Below are positions 35,467 through 47,793 of a stretch of DNA of 64,000 bases, in pieces. This DNA is from Cyanophora paradoxa CCMP329 (taxonomy: Eukaryota > Plantae > Glaucophyta): assembly GCA_004431415.1 (NCBI GenBank), contig QPMI01000520.1:372001-436000 (forward strand). The letters run 5' to 3'. The translations under genes were made by a program, and so were the position numbers. Numbering within the stretch: the first letter of the stretch is position 1; every line of letters begins with the position of its first letter. Under the pieces are notes generated by a model that saw nothing but the letters and a program-made list of their open reading frames with translations, did no database searches and was not told the origin of the DNA.

Positions 35467-37157
35467 TCAGGCGTTAAGGGGGGCGGCGCGGGGCTGGAAG
35501 GAGAAGGCGAGGGGCGGCTGGGGCATCATGTTGACGTCGGGGAAGGTCTGCGGGGCGGCGGCGCGGGGCGGGGCCGAGGCCCAGCGGGCGGCCCGCAGCA
35601 GGGCGATCGCCACCAGCTTCATCTCGATGGTCGCCAGCTGCGAGCCGACGCACATCCGCGGGCCCCGCCCGAACGGCAGGTACGCCGTCGGGTGCGGCGG
35701 CGGCCCGCCGAGGAAGCGCTCCGGCTTGAAGGCGTGCGGCTCGGGCCAGAGCCGCGGGTGCCGGTGCATGAGCCAGGGGATCACGTACACCTGCGCGCGG
35801 TCGCGTCAGAGCGGAGCGGGGCGGCACGGAGGGCGGCGGGCGGTGCGGGCGGGCCTGGGTGCCGGCGGGGATGGCGTGCCCCTCGAGCTCGTCGTCGAGC
35901 TGCGCCTCGCGCTGCAGCAGCGGGAAGGGCGGGTACAGCCGCAGGCACTCCTGCGCGACCCGCCGCGTCAGGCCGGGAGGGCGCGGGGGCGGGCGGGGCC
36001 TCGCGGGGCGGGCCTTGACGACGGCGTCGAGGTACGGGAGGCGGTCGAGCTCCTGGCCGCTCTTGGGGCCCGCCCCCCCGGGGAAGGCCGCGGCGACCTC
36101 CGCCTCCACGCGCTCCCGCACCTCCGCGTGCTCCGCCAGCAGGTGAAGCAGCCACGTGCACGTCAGCGGCACCGTCTGCGCGGCCCCGCGATGATCAGAC
36201 GGGCTCGAGAAGAGGCGGGGGCGGGGGCGGGGCGGGGCGGGGCGGGCGGGCCTGGGTGGACGCCATGACGAGGCCGAGGACCTTGCCGAAGTACTGGAAC
36301 TTGGAAAGGCCGCGGCGGGTGACCCAGGCGTGCACCCAGGTCGTCTCCCCGTGCGCCACCTCCCAGTCGTCCAGGTGCCGCACGAGGCGCCGCCCGAACC
36401 CGATGAGGCGCGCCACGTCCACCAGGAAGAGGAAGTTGCGGGGCCAGTTCCACCACGCCCGCACGGGGTCGAGCAGCCGCTTCGTGAACTCGACGCCGGC
36501 GCGCTTGATGGTCTCCGCCACGCCCCGCGTCTCCCCCGTGTACTCGAAGAGGATGAACGTGTTGAGGCGCACGAACATCTCCTGCAGCCGCCCGTGCACA
36601 TCCACCCGCCCCGCCCCGCCCCGCGCCGCGTCCTCCAGCACGATCCCCACGAACTCGTCGATGGCGCGCGTGATCTCCCCGAACTTGGACTCGACGATGA
36701 GGTGGAAGCGCTTCCGCGTCGCGTCCGCCGCCTCGTCGACTTGCGCGTGCAGCTCGATCGCCGCCTGGCTCTCCACGCCCCTGCTCACGACCTTGGAGCG
36801 GTAGCCGACGTAGCGCGGCTTGACGTACGCGTCGCCGCCGGCCAGCGCGCGGCGCACGCCCTCCTCGGTGTTGTACACGAGGAATGGCGTGTGCCCGATC
36901 CAGAAGAGCGTCGCAGGGCCCTGCTCCGCGTACGTGTAGATCGTCTTGTAGTAGTTGCGCTTGAGGCAGAGGTTCCCGACGATGAAGGCGGGGTCCGGGC
37001 CCGGCAGCGTTTTCCCGGCCGCGTTCCGCATCGAGTTGCGCGTCTTCGCCACCTTCCGCCGGAAGCGGATGTAGTTGAAGAGAATCGCGGCGACAGCGGC
37101 GCCGGCCGCGATGACGACTCCGCGCGGCGGGGCGCGGCTCAGAGCCGCGGGCAGCAT
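35467..37157 (-). CDS. Cytochrome P450
   Basis: N-terminal TM segment and PGP hinge, ExxR (ECLR), PERF, heme motif FGRGPRMCVG. All three introns are GC-AG. Confidence 0.93.
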
Positions 37158-37459
37158 GGCTCCGGGGCGACGGCGGCGGCGACGCCGACGATAGAAGCTG
37201 CAACGTACGCCGGCCGCGGTCTCTCGCGCGGTCGTAGGCTTCGGCCGCTGTGGTGGCGCGCAGAGTTGCGTGCCGGCTCGCCGACGGGTGCGTTGCGGCG
37301 CGGCGCACTGAACTCCTTTGGCGCCGATGATGTGCTGAGTGGTGGCTGGCCTCACGGACGCGCGCTGCGGCTCGGAGTGACGACAGAGGTGGGGGGACAA
37401 GCAGCGGGGGGGCACACAAAATCGGTCGTGCGTCGGAGGGCGAAGAGCAGCCCGCCGCG

Positions 37460-40400
37460 ATGGCTGCCGATGACGGCGGGCTCGTCATACAAGGTGCTCG
37501 CGCGCGCCCGCCAGAGTCGCCTGCTCGCCCCGATTGCGACCGACTCGCGCGCCAGTCGAGGACGAGTTCGGTGTCTGGCACTACATCGAGCGCGAGCTGT
37601 CGCAGCAGCTGCCGCTCCGGAACGTGGTATGGCACTCTCGGGTGTTCGACAGGCTGCCGCTCCGCTTCGTGCTGCGGTCTGCCGCGGAGGAGCAGCCGCC
37701 AGCCGACGCCTCTACGGCGCTCGGGGCTTCCCGCACGCCCTCGCTCTACATGTACCTGCTCAAATGCGATGTGCGGGCGCCGCGCTACGCCGGCCGCTTC
37801 CCCGGCTAAGCGGCGGGCGCGCAGGACCCGGACCTGTTCAAGGACAAGCTGAAGCCGCGGCTGAGGGCGTGGCTGGACGCGCAGGCGGAGCGGCAGCGCG
37901 AGTGGATCGTGGTATACGTGCCTGTCGTCTACCGGTCGAAGACGCCCGCCCAGAAGGACCTGGTGGACAAGAACGCCCGCAAGATCTTCGACCGCATCAA
38001 GACTGACTTCAACATGCCGCCCCACAGGCGCCCCGCCCGCCCGCCTGCCCCGCGCGCCGCCCCGGGCCGCAGCGGTCTGACCGGGGCGCGGCGCGCAGGC
38101 TGACGAAGCTGGCGCTGGACGAGGGGGACCGGGGGGCGTGGGAGGAGCTGGTGGGGCGCCTGAAGGACGCGGCGCTCTCGGGCCTCGAGGCGCGCTGCGG
38201 CGTCCAGGAGCGCGAGGCCGCCCGCCTCGCCACCACCTGGCAGCAGGCGCGCTTCGCCCCTGCGTGACCCGCCCCGACCCGCGCCGATCCGATGCGCGGG
38301 GCAGGCCGGCTGGGGCTTCGGGGCGTACTTCCTGCAGCGGGAGGCGGTTGCGCTGGCGCAGGAGCAGCTGCGGCGGGGCGAGGAGGCCTTGAAACACTAC
38401 GACGAGCTCGAGGCCGCCTTCAACGAGCACGGCGCGCCCCTTCCCGTCTCGCCTCCAACCGCGCTGCGCCTCAGAGGGCTCGCGTTCTTACGCGCTGGGG
38501 GGCAGCGGGGCGGCTGGCGGGGGCCGGCCAGCGGCCCTTCCCCGCCTTCGGGGGCCTCGCCGAGGGCGACGACTCCGGCGACCTCCTCCTCACCGCCCCG
38601 GCCCCGGCCCCGCCCCCGCCCCCGCCCCCGGCCCCGGCCCCGGCCCCGCCGGCCCCCGAGGGCGCCCCGCCCGCGCCGTCCCCGCGCCGTCCCCGTCCCG
38701 CCCGCCGCGCCGGCGGGGCGGCCGGCGGGGTGGCGGTGGGGGGCGGAAGGCGTACCGGCAGCTGATCGCGTCGGGGGAGATCACTGAGTTCGACTTCCGC
38801 TCGTACCTCTTCGCCCGCCAGTCCGCTGTGCGCCCCTGCCCGCGCCGGCCCCCGGGCTCCCCTGAGGCGGCGGCAGCTGCTGCTGGGCCTGCGGAAGCCC
38901 TGGGAGTGGGCGGAGCGGGCCCACGCCTTCATCCGCTCCATGCGGACCCTCCTCCGCGCGCACCGCGTGCGCCGCGCCCCGCCCCCGCCGGCCCCGCCGC
39001 GCCCCGCTGAGGTGCGCCGCAGGGGGAGCTCGCGCGGTACTTCCCCGAGGTGTGGACGTACGGGCGTGCGTGGGGCGGCGGCCGCCGCCGAGCGCGCCCT
39101 CGCCGACCTCGTCGACGCCACCGCCCGCCCCGCCTCCGGTCCCCCGCCCCGCGCCCGCCACCCCGACCACACTGACCCCCGCAGCGCCGGCCGGCGTGCC
39201 GCCGCCGGTGCCCCCGACGGCGACGAACAAGGTGCAGATGAAGCAGGCGCTCGCCCCGCTCCACCTCCTCGCCCGCCACGTCGTGCGGCCCCGCCCCCGC
39301 GCCGCCCCCGCCTCGCCCCCGCCCGTTTAACGCCGGCCGGGGACGCCAGCTCTCGCGCATCCACGCCTCCCTGCAAGCGACGGCGGCGGCCTCGCCGGGG
39401 CCGGCGGACGGGAGCGCGCACGGCGGTTCGCGCTCGGGCTCGGCGACGGGCCCGCAGCCGGCGCGCTACAACACCTCCCTGCCGCCCTGCGAGTTCCGCC
39501 ACCCCTCGCTGCGCGCCTCCCTCGCCTCCCCGGCCGCCTACACCGAGGCCTACATCGTCCGCGCCCCGCCCTCGCACCCCGTCGCGGGGGCGCGGCGCGA
39601 CGGCGGGGGCGCAGACGCTGACGCGGGCGGCGGCGGAGGGGACGCGCTTCGGGGCGCAGAACCTGCGCGAGCGCTGCATGGCGCGCTTCGCAGCGGAGCT
39701 CGGCCTCGCCCTCTTGTCCGCCCCTGGCCCCGCCCCCTGCCCTCGCCCCGCCCCCGCTGAGCGGCGAGCGGCGGGCAGCGAGGAGCGGCGGTACACGGAC
39801 GCGATCGACCCGCTGCGGAAGGCGGTGGGGCAGGCGGGGCAGGACGGCTGGCTCCCGCTGCTGCGCGTCCTCCGGCCCCGCCTCGCCGTCTGCGAGCGCC
39901 ACTGCGGCGAAAGCGAGGCCCTCGTCCTCTCCTGCGCCTGGCTCCTCTCCCCGGCCGCCCGCGCCCCGGCCCCGCCCCCGCTCCTGCCCCCGCCCCCGCT
40001 CCCCGGCGTGGACCCCTCCGGGGGCGAAGAGGCCCGCACCCTCCACTACCTCGTGCGCCCTTCCCGCCCCGCCCGCCCCGCCCGCGCTGACGCCGGCGGC
40101 CCCAGGCGGAACTCTGCCGCGCCGCCCGCGAGGTCACGACCCCCGGTGGGTCCCCGCCCCGCCCCGCCTCGCGCCGCCCCGCCCCGGCCGGGCCGCTCAC
40201 GGGGGAGGCGCAGTGACGTGCGAGCTGCAGTCGATCCTCTCGGCGGTCGTCGCGCCCCTGGAGGGGAGCGCGCTGCCGCTGCGGGCGGCGGCGGGGGAGG
40301 CGCTGTGCCTGCGGGCGCTGCTGCGCTCGGCCCTCCCTGCGCCCCTGCGCGTGGACGCGCTGGCCGTCCGCTTCCGGCCCCACGAGGCCCCCGAGGGGCC

Positions 40401-42418
40401 CCCCGCCCGCGACGCCGCCCCTTCGAGGTCTCCTTCCCGTACCCGCCACCGGCCCCGCCCCGGCCCCTCCCGCCCCCGCGCCCGGGCTCCTCCCCGGCCG
40501 GCGGCCTCCCCGCCGGCGCCCTCGCGTCGGCCTCGTCGCCGGCGCTGCTGCCGACGGCGTCGGCCTCGGCCGGCCTGCAGCGGTCGAGCACCGTCGGGGG
40601 CCGCGAGGAGGGGCCCCTCACCGTGCCCCCCGGCGAGTCGGAGGTGCTGCTGCGGGGCCGCGCCGCCCGCCCGGGCCTCTACGCCGCCGACCGCGTCACC
40701 GCCACCATCGGCCTCGTCACCTTCGCCGAGGCCATCGGCCCCGCCGCCCCCGCCCCCTTCCCCGCCCCCGCCCCGACTCCCCCTCCTCCGCCCCGCCGGC
40801 CTCCTACGTGCCCCTCTCCCCGGCCCTCGCCCTCCACCAGTCCCACTCCTTCAACCTCGGCGCCGCCCCGGCCCCGGCGCCCCCCGCGCCGCCCCTCCTC
40901 CTGCAGATCGCGCCGCGCAAGGCGGGGGCGACGGTCTCGGTGCGGGCGCCGGGTTGCGTCTTCCGGGGCCAGCGGGGGGCGCTGGAGGTGGAGGTCGCGA
41001 GCGCCGGGGAGGCGGTGGAGGAGGGGGCCCTCCTGCGCGTCGCCGCCCCCCCGGGGCTCGCCCTCCACGCCTCCCACGCCTCCTTCCTCCTCGCCTCCGC
41101 CCCCCGCGGCACCCCGCCCGCCCTCCGCCCCGCCCCGCCCCCCGAGCACGACGGCGCCCTCCGCCTCCCCGCCATCGCCCCCGGCGCCTCCCTGCGGCTC
41201 CTCCTCCCCGCCGCCGCCTCCCGGGCGCTCCCCGCGGGCAGCACCCGCTGGGGGCCACCCTCGAGTACCGCTGCGGGGGCGTCCAGCAGACGGCCGCCGC
41301 GCCGGCCGCGGAGGTCGCCGCCTGCGACCCCTTCGCCGCCGAGCACGCCCTCCACGCCTTCGACGACCGGCGCGCCGGCGCCCGTCTCTGAGCCGCCCGC
41401 GCCCGCCCTGCCGCCCCGCTGACCCCACGGCGGCGGCGGCAGGATGATCGCGCAGGTGACGCTGCGGTGCGTGGCTGCGGCGGCGCTGCGCATCCACGAC
41501 TACAGCGTGCGGACGTCGCCCCTCTGGTCCATCGTCACCGACGTCAACGCCCCGCTCCGCAACTCCGTGCGCCCCGCCAGGCCGCAGCGCCCCGCTCCGC
41601 TTCGGCTGAACGGCCGGCGCGGCGCAGGCGATGGCGCCGGGGCAGCTCACCTCGATGCTCTTCGAGCTGGGCGTGGAGGAGGAGGGCGCGCCGCCTCCGC
41701 CCGAGGGCGCGCAGGAGACGCCCCACGGCGGCGCCGAGGGGACGTCGGCGGCGGCGCACCACGCCGGCGCCGAGTGGCCGCTGGGGCGGGGCGGGGAGGG
41801 GGCGGCGGAGGGGCCCCACGAGGCGGCCGCCCGCGGCTCGGGGCCCCTCTTCGAGCTCCGCGTCGAGTTCAGCGTCCTCGAGGAGCCCGCCCCCTCCCCC
41901 GCCTCCACCTCGTCGGCCCCCGCGACCTTCTTCTTCACATACGCCGTCCCCGCGCACGCCCTGCCCAGCGTCTGGTACGAGGTGGAGGCGGCGTGCGGCG
42001 AGGAGGCCTGCACCGTGGGCGCGCCGCGCCCCTCGACGTCGCCGTCCGCTGCCGCGCGCCGCTGGCGGCGCCGGGCGGGCGGGCGCGGGAGGTCACGGTG
42101 GTGATCGAGGGGGACGCCGCGCTCTGGATGCTCTGCGGGCGCCGCCGGCGGGCGATGGCGCTGGAGCCCGGGGAGACGCGGCGGCTGCAGTGCCGCATCA
42201 TCCCCCTCGTGCCGGGGCACCTCCCCCTCCCCACCGTCTCCCTGCGCCCCCGCGCCCCCCCGGGCGCCCCCGTCCCCGGCACAGCTCCCGGCGCCACCTC
42301 CGCCCCCCGCCCCGACGACTTCGTCGTCCTCGAGAGCCCCGCGCACCACGTCCGCGTCCTGCCCCCGCCCCTCCTCGCCGCCCCCGCCGCCCCCGTGCCC
42401 CCGCCCCTCGCCGTCTAG
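37460..42418 (+). CDS. TRAPPC10: TRAPP II subunit TRAPPC10/Trs130-like (several probable indel errors)
   Basis: LPLRNVVWH, YMYLLKCD, KIFDRIKTDF, YFLQREAVA...ALKHYDELEA, ITEFDFRSYLFARQ, and C-terminal IIPLVPGHLPLP. Confidence 0.85.
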
Positions 42419-42467
42419 CTCGACCTAGTCTTTCCCTTGTAGTACAGCACGAAGGTGGAAGCGGCGG

Positions 42468-43855
42468 CTACCGGCCGCCCCAGCGTTCGAGGTTGCGCTG
42501 AGAGGGGGTCCCCATGGGGTTGCGCGCGAACCTGCCGCCGGCTTCAGCGCGCGCTGCAGCGCGACGCTGCGCGAGTGGGACGGGGCGCACTCGATGCGGA
42601 GGCCGCCGCGCTCGCTGGAGGGGAGCATCACCCCCTGCAGTCCCCGCATCGCCTCCGCCGCCGCCTCCGTCGACTGCCCCGGCCCCGCTCAGCGGCGGCG
42701 GGGCGGCGGCGGTGCCTGGCGAACTGCGCACCACGAAGCCAGCGAAGGCTACCGGGAGCACCTGCGGGTTCTCGTTGTTCAGGCGCAACCGCTGGAAGCC
42801 CGGGAAGCTGCCCGCAGGGTTACAAAGCAGACGAGCAGGCGAGAAGGGCGGGCGTGCTTGTTGAGGGCGGTGCGGAGCTCGCTCTCGGTGCACGTCTGGC
42901 CGAGGTTCGCGATGAAAAGCGTCGGGCCGGCCCCCGGCATCTGCGCCAGCGCGGCCGCCGCCGGGCTGACCGCCACCGGCCCCTTGTCCCCGCCGCCCAC
43001 AACGCCCACGCTCGCGCTGCTGCCCGCGGCGTCGGCGCAGATGGGCGACGCGAGCCCTGGAGGACCGCGCGCACGGTGGGTACCCAACGTCGCGGCTGCG
43101 CTTCTCCGGCGGCCGATCGCTCTCGAAGTCTACGCCGACGTCAAGCTATACCGGGAAAGAGAAGTCGAGTCCCGCGCCGGGCGCTAGCTAGAGATAGCAG
43201 AGCCGGGGCGCGGCATACGGGGCGGGGGAGGGCCGAGCCGGGCAAGGAGGGGAGGGCTGCGAACCGCGTCTCCGCTTCACGCGCGAGTTCTTCTTGGCCT
43301 CCTCTATCCGGATGCGCATGTTCAGATCCACGTCGAACACAACACCCTGCATCTTCTCCATTGCGTCCAGCGCCGCCCCGCGCGAGTAGAACGTGACGAA
43401 CGCGACGGGCTGCCGCGCGTCAGCGGCAGCTGCATTCAAGAGCGACGGGGCGCACGAAGCGGCCTGAGATCTTGGTGTAGCTCGACTCGTAGCCCGGCGC
43501 GAAGCGGAACGCATTGAAGACCTCTGCGCCGGCGTTAGCGGCGGCCGCGATGGTGCAGTACCGTGCAGAGCTTGCCTCGATCCGTCACGTCGGCGGGGAG
43601 GCCCGAGACGAAGAGCGTGCGTATTTCGCCTCGGTCGTCGTCCGAATCCGCGTAGTCGTCGTGGCGGGCATCGGGGCGCGCTCCGCGGTCGTCTCCGTCT
43701 GACCGGTGCACGGACTCCTCACGGTGCGCGTCGGGCGGCGGCGCGGGCTGCTCGGCCTCCGCGCGGGTCGGGTGTGGGTCGGGCGGCAGCGCGGGCTCCT
43801 CTACCTCGTCGCTTCCGCGCTCCTCGCGCCGCTCCTCCTGAGCTTCGCCGCTCAT
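42468..43855 (-). CDS. Two-RRM RNA-binding protein of the RBPMS/Scw1/Mec-8-like family
   Basis: EIRTLFVSGLPADV, QPVAFVTF...MQGVVFD...RIEEAKKNS, PTLFIANLG, LPSSERGGLRIEFARNPMG. Confidence 0.88.
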
Positions 43856-44094
43856 ACCACGCAAGAAATGCACCGGTTCGAATCTGAATAGGCTAATAAC
43901 CTAACCTAGGCTTATACGAAGCAGAAGTCGGCGCGCACGCAGACGCGTCGGAGAGAGCTTGGCGCTTGCAGGGTCGGGGAAAACATAGCGAATCAGCCCG
44001 CACCTTGGATTCGAGGACCGCGAGCCTTCGGCGCCTGGCGTGGGGCTGGAAGCGAAACCTGTAGCTTGAAGCAGGGCAGAAGAGAATAGGAAGC

Positions 44095-45068
44095 ATGCGG
44101 GCAGCTCGGGCAGCGCGCGTCGAGAACGCGGTCAAGCAGGATGCCCAGGTGCGCCAAGAGGCCCGAGTCGCAGCGGTTTCTGAAGCCACGGGGTTGCCGA
44201 AGCCACGCTCCGCTTTTCTGTCGCTCTGGCTGACGCCTCTTCTTCAGATGCGAGAGATCGTTAGGAGGGAGCCCATACCAGGTGAATACTGCGGCTTCTT
44301 GCCTCCTGCGTGCTCACGGTTGCTCGGCAGGCGTGGGGACGCTGGGTCCACCAACGCACAGCTACGATGGAACTGGCCCCCTTGCATCTTCCATGTTGAC
44401 AAGGGCGGAAAAGTTGAATCGTAGCACGAACGATACGGGTGCGGCGCTCCAGTCCAGTAGAGGCCGGGCTCCGCTGCCTGTGTCCGGCCGCTCACGCGCC
44501 GCAGCCACGCTACGCGACCTGGGAAGCTCAACAATGCTCGCCTCGAACGTGACCGCACACGAACAGTTCGGGAACTTGGTGCACGAGCATCGCGCGCTCG
44601 AGCGCCGCCGTCTCGCGCCCGCTGAGCCGCCACAGACGTCGGGGGCGGAGAAGACGGGAATCAAGGACAAGATGTTCGGATGCTGGACGCAGACGTTCAA
44701 GGGCGTGCGCTCGCAGGAGATCCCCGAGCCGACGCACGCCAGCTACAGAGTCTCCTCGATCCGGAACCCCATCACAGGTCAAGTCAGGAAAGTCCAGCAC
44801 GTTGACGTACGCCTTCGCCGCCTCCCGCAGGGCCCTCTCTTCTTCTCCCGCTCAGCGTCCCCTCGCCGCACAGGATGGGCCGGCGCCTAACGGGGTGCCG
44901 TCGCAAGCGGAGCAGTCAAGGCGGGAGCACCTCCGGAAGAGAACGATCTTCAGCTCCTGGATTGACGACTCGCACCCGACGGCCGCTCACGCACAGAAGA
45001 AGGGGCACACGGGGCTGCTCAGGACCCTAAACGAGGACCCCCGCGCCTACTGGCGCACCAAGACGTGA
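44095..45068 (+). CDS. Hypothetical spliced protein
   Basis: Coding-like segments separated by short GT-AG introns, ending in ...EDPRAYWRTKT*. No family recognised. Confidence 0.45.
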
Positions 45069-45735
45069 GCTAGTCCCGCCCGATGCGTGCGCCGAGCCTC
45101 ACAGTCCCTTGACTCTCCCCGCTCCTCGCGACCAGTGACTTCGTCTACCACTTTGGTCCGTCAAACATCCCAGCCCAGGGTCCCGCCTGATGCTGCGCTG
45201 ACCAGCTGCACGCGCACCCTCAGATAACGGCGCGATGAGCAAAGCTTGGCAGTTCAGAGGTGGCTAGCGCGCTTGGGGAGATGGCGTGTGCTTTCGCCAC
45301 AGCGCAGCGGAGACCGTCGGGTGCCGTCGCCACTATAGCTATAGCTATAGCTAGCTGCAGGCTGCAGCGCTATAGCGGTTTCAAGTTTTCCTGGAAGTCA
45401 GTGGGAACTAGAGGATTATGTTCTGATCAGAGTTATCATAGGCTGCAGCGACTCGGCGACGCTGATCGAGCGTGATCATGAACTTCGAATTCGAAGAAAT
45501 TTAATTTGATCTGTAACTGGGTACTGGTCGGTTGAGGTCGGGTACCGTGGCGTCGCAGCGAGTAGGCGCAGTTGGCCGGAAGACTCCGACGGGTGCCTTG
45601 TTGCTGTTCGGTATTTGAGAAATTAAAGGTCCGTGCTAGCCAATCTCGAAGCGCGCGGTGGCGAAGCCGATTCGGCGCGGGTCCTGGCATCCGCCGCCGC
45701 CGCCATCCGCTGATCGACCATCGCTTCGTGTGCAG

Positions 45736-46081
45736 ATGCCTCGCGAGTTCATTGATGTCACAAACCCGCCCTACCCTGTGAAGTCGGCCAACCCGTCGCC
45801 TGGGGAAATCGTGCGCGAGATGGGATGGTCGGAGTACAGGAACATCATCGCCCTCACGCTCTGCTCCATTCCTGTTGGCTACCTTGCCTGTAAGCCGCGC
45901 TCCGTGCAGCGGCCTGCGCATTCGCCGCTGATGCATCTCGCCCTGCCACTGTGCAGCGTGCAAGGTCACCGCAAGGGGGACTGCGGGCTTTGCTGGCTTG
46001 ATTGGCTTCCTGGGCGGCGTCAGCTGGGGCGCTCAGCGGGCGGGCCAGCGCCTCATGGGCGTCCGGGCGCCGGAGGCATAG
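45736..46081 (+). CDS. Complex I accessory subunit, NUXM/20.9-kDa type
   Basis: PYPVKSANPSPGEIVREMGWSEY...IPVGY...GLIGFLGGVSWGAQRAGQRLMG matches my recollection of the NUXM N-terminal domain pattern. One intron. Confidence 0.72.
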
Positions 46082-46235
46082 ATTCGCCATGGACCGCTGC
46101 GCCCCCTGTAGTATAATGATTTTGTCTTGAATCACACGGCTTCAGCGTTGGTATCGTTGCGACTCAGCAGCTGTTCGGCGCTGCGCTGTGCTATCCAGCT
46201 CTCTGAGTAGCCGCCGAGCTGAGAAGGCTTCCCCT

Positions 46236-46820
46236 CTAGCGGCGGAGGTGGCGGCGGCAGGGGGGGATGGAGGCGGCGGCGGCGAGGAGGAAGTTGGCGG
46301 TGGTGCGGATGTTGAGCTCCTCGCGGGCGTACAGCGCCGCCTTCAGCACGAACTCGGGGTCCGAGGGCCCGATGCGGGAGAGCAGCTCGAGGAGGTGCGC
46401 CCGCACGGGGTCCCCCGGGCTGTGCAGCTTCGGCTCCCGCATCAGGCTCCCCGAGACGACCCGCAGCAGCTCGTCCTCCAGCTCCTGCGCCGGCCAAGCG
46501 AGGCCGTCGGCGCTGGAGGCGGGGGGAGGAGGAGCGGGGGCAGGGGGCGGGGAGGGCGGGGGGCACCTGGAGGGCCTCGGGGGCGACCTTGCGGGCGAGG
46601 CTCTCGTCGTCCAGCTGGTCCTCCTCGTCCTCCTGCACCGGCGCCGGCTCCAGCTCCTCCCCCGCACCCCCCTCCCCGGCCCGGCCCGACGGAGGGCGTA
46701 TATATATATATACGTAGGGCCTGGGAGAACGTGCACGTGAGCTGGATCCCGGAGCCGCCCGGAAGAGCGTCCCTCGTGCGCACCAGCGGGGTTAGGCTCA
46801 CGGTCGCGGCAAGCTTCTTC
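46236..46820 (-). pseudogene. Truncated TROVE-domain (TEP1-like) fragment
   Basis: DPEFVLKAALYAREELNIRTTANFLLAAAA...CRRHLRR, then TAG. No continuation before the convergent gene. Confidence 0.72.
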
Positions 46821-47793
46821 GCTCGTAGCCCAGTCGCAGCCTCGCTCGACCGAGCAGATCCGTATGATCATGAGTCAGAGCAGGGTACACTACGCGGTAC
46901 CGTAGTACCGGTACCCCACTAGTACTAGAGATGCAAAAGCCATGAGCGCGCTGCTACAGGGTCATGACTACCTTCGAAGACACGGCATAGAATAGTACGC
47001 CCAGTTCCCGCGATCTGCGTGCCCGCAGCTTGACCCCCGCGCTTGCCGACAGACCCTGCGATCCGCACGGATTGCGATGGCCCCATGGCCCAGTACCCCA
47101 GCTTCGATCCGACGCGACGCGATGCGGCTCCACCTTACGCACCTTCGGGAGCGGGGGAGGCCCGGTACCGGTCTCCCGGTCCGGGGCTCGTGGGGGTTTC
47201 GGCCCCCTCGGGCAGTATTCCTCCTCCTTAGCGGCCAGTCCGTGGCGGGAACGGGCGAGCCTCCGGGCACGGCCCGCACCTTTGATCCTATGATCTTAAG
47301 CCCGTAGGGTAAGTAGACCTAGGGTTTCGATCTCGAGCTTCGGTATTCGATTTCGATTTTCGACGTCACTTGCCTATCTGATTGAGCCCATGGATTCGAC
47401 CGGCGGCCCACTGCTAGCCAAACAGCTGCTAGGGCTAGTCCAGATGTTGTCGGTCGTCTCTGAAATGCACACTGGAACTGGACCGCAGCTTACGCTCGGG
47501 AAATCGCCGAGGGCGCGCGGCGTCTACAGGTCGCCCTTTAGGCAAGATCGCATCGACGTCTGAAGCTTAAGGTCGCTGACCGTCAGACTGTCGACATCGG
47601 ATCCGGACCAGCTAGTCGACGTCCACGGTCGACGTCTAGACGTGTACAAGACTAGGTCTGCTCGGCTGGGAGCCATTCCAACGCGCGCGCGTGTGCGCCC
47701 GCCAGCTCAGTGCCGATTGCGCCGCAGGACATATGAATGGGCTCAAAAGAAGAGGGCCATTCTGGGTAAACAGCTAGCGCTGCACGCCATTTA

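Noticed and set aside
36163-42349. Very long Arg/Pro/Ala/Gly-rich ORFs in the six-frame track (755, 835 and 556 aa)
   Set aside because: They are read-through of GC-rich introns and off-frame sequence; the spliced P450 and TRAPPC10 models explain the region.
30154-46081. Functional cluster of complex I genes (gamma-CAL and NUXM-like)
   Set aside because: They are 15 kb apart with unrelated genes between them; chance is a sufficient explanation.
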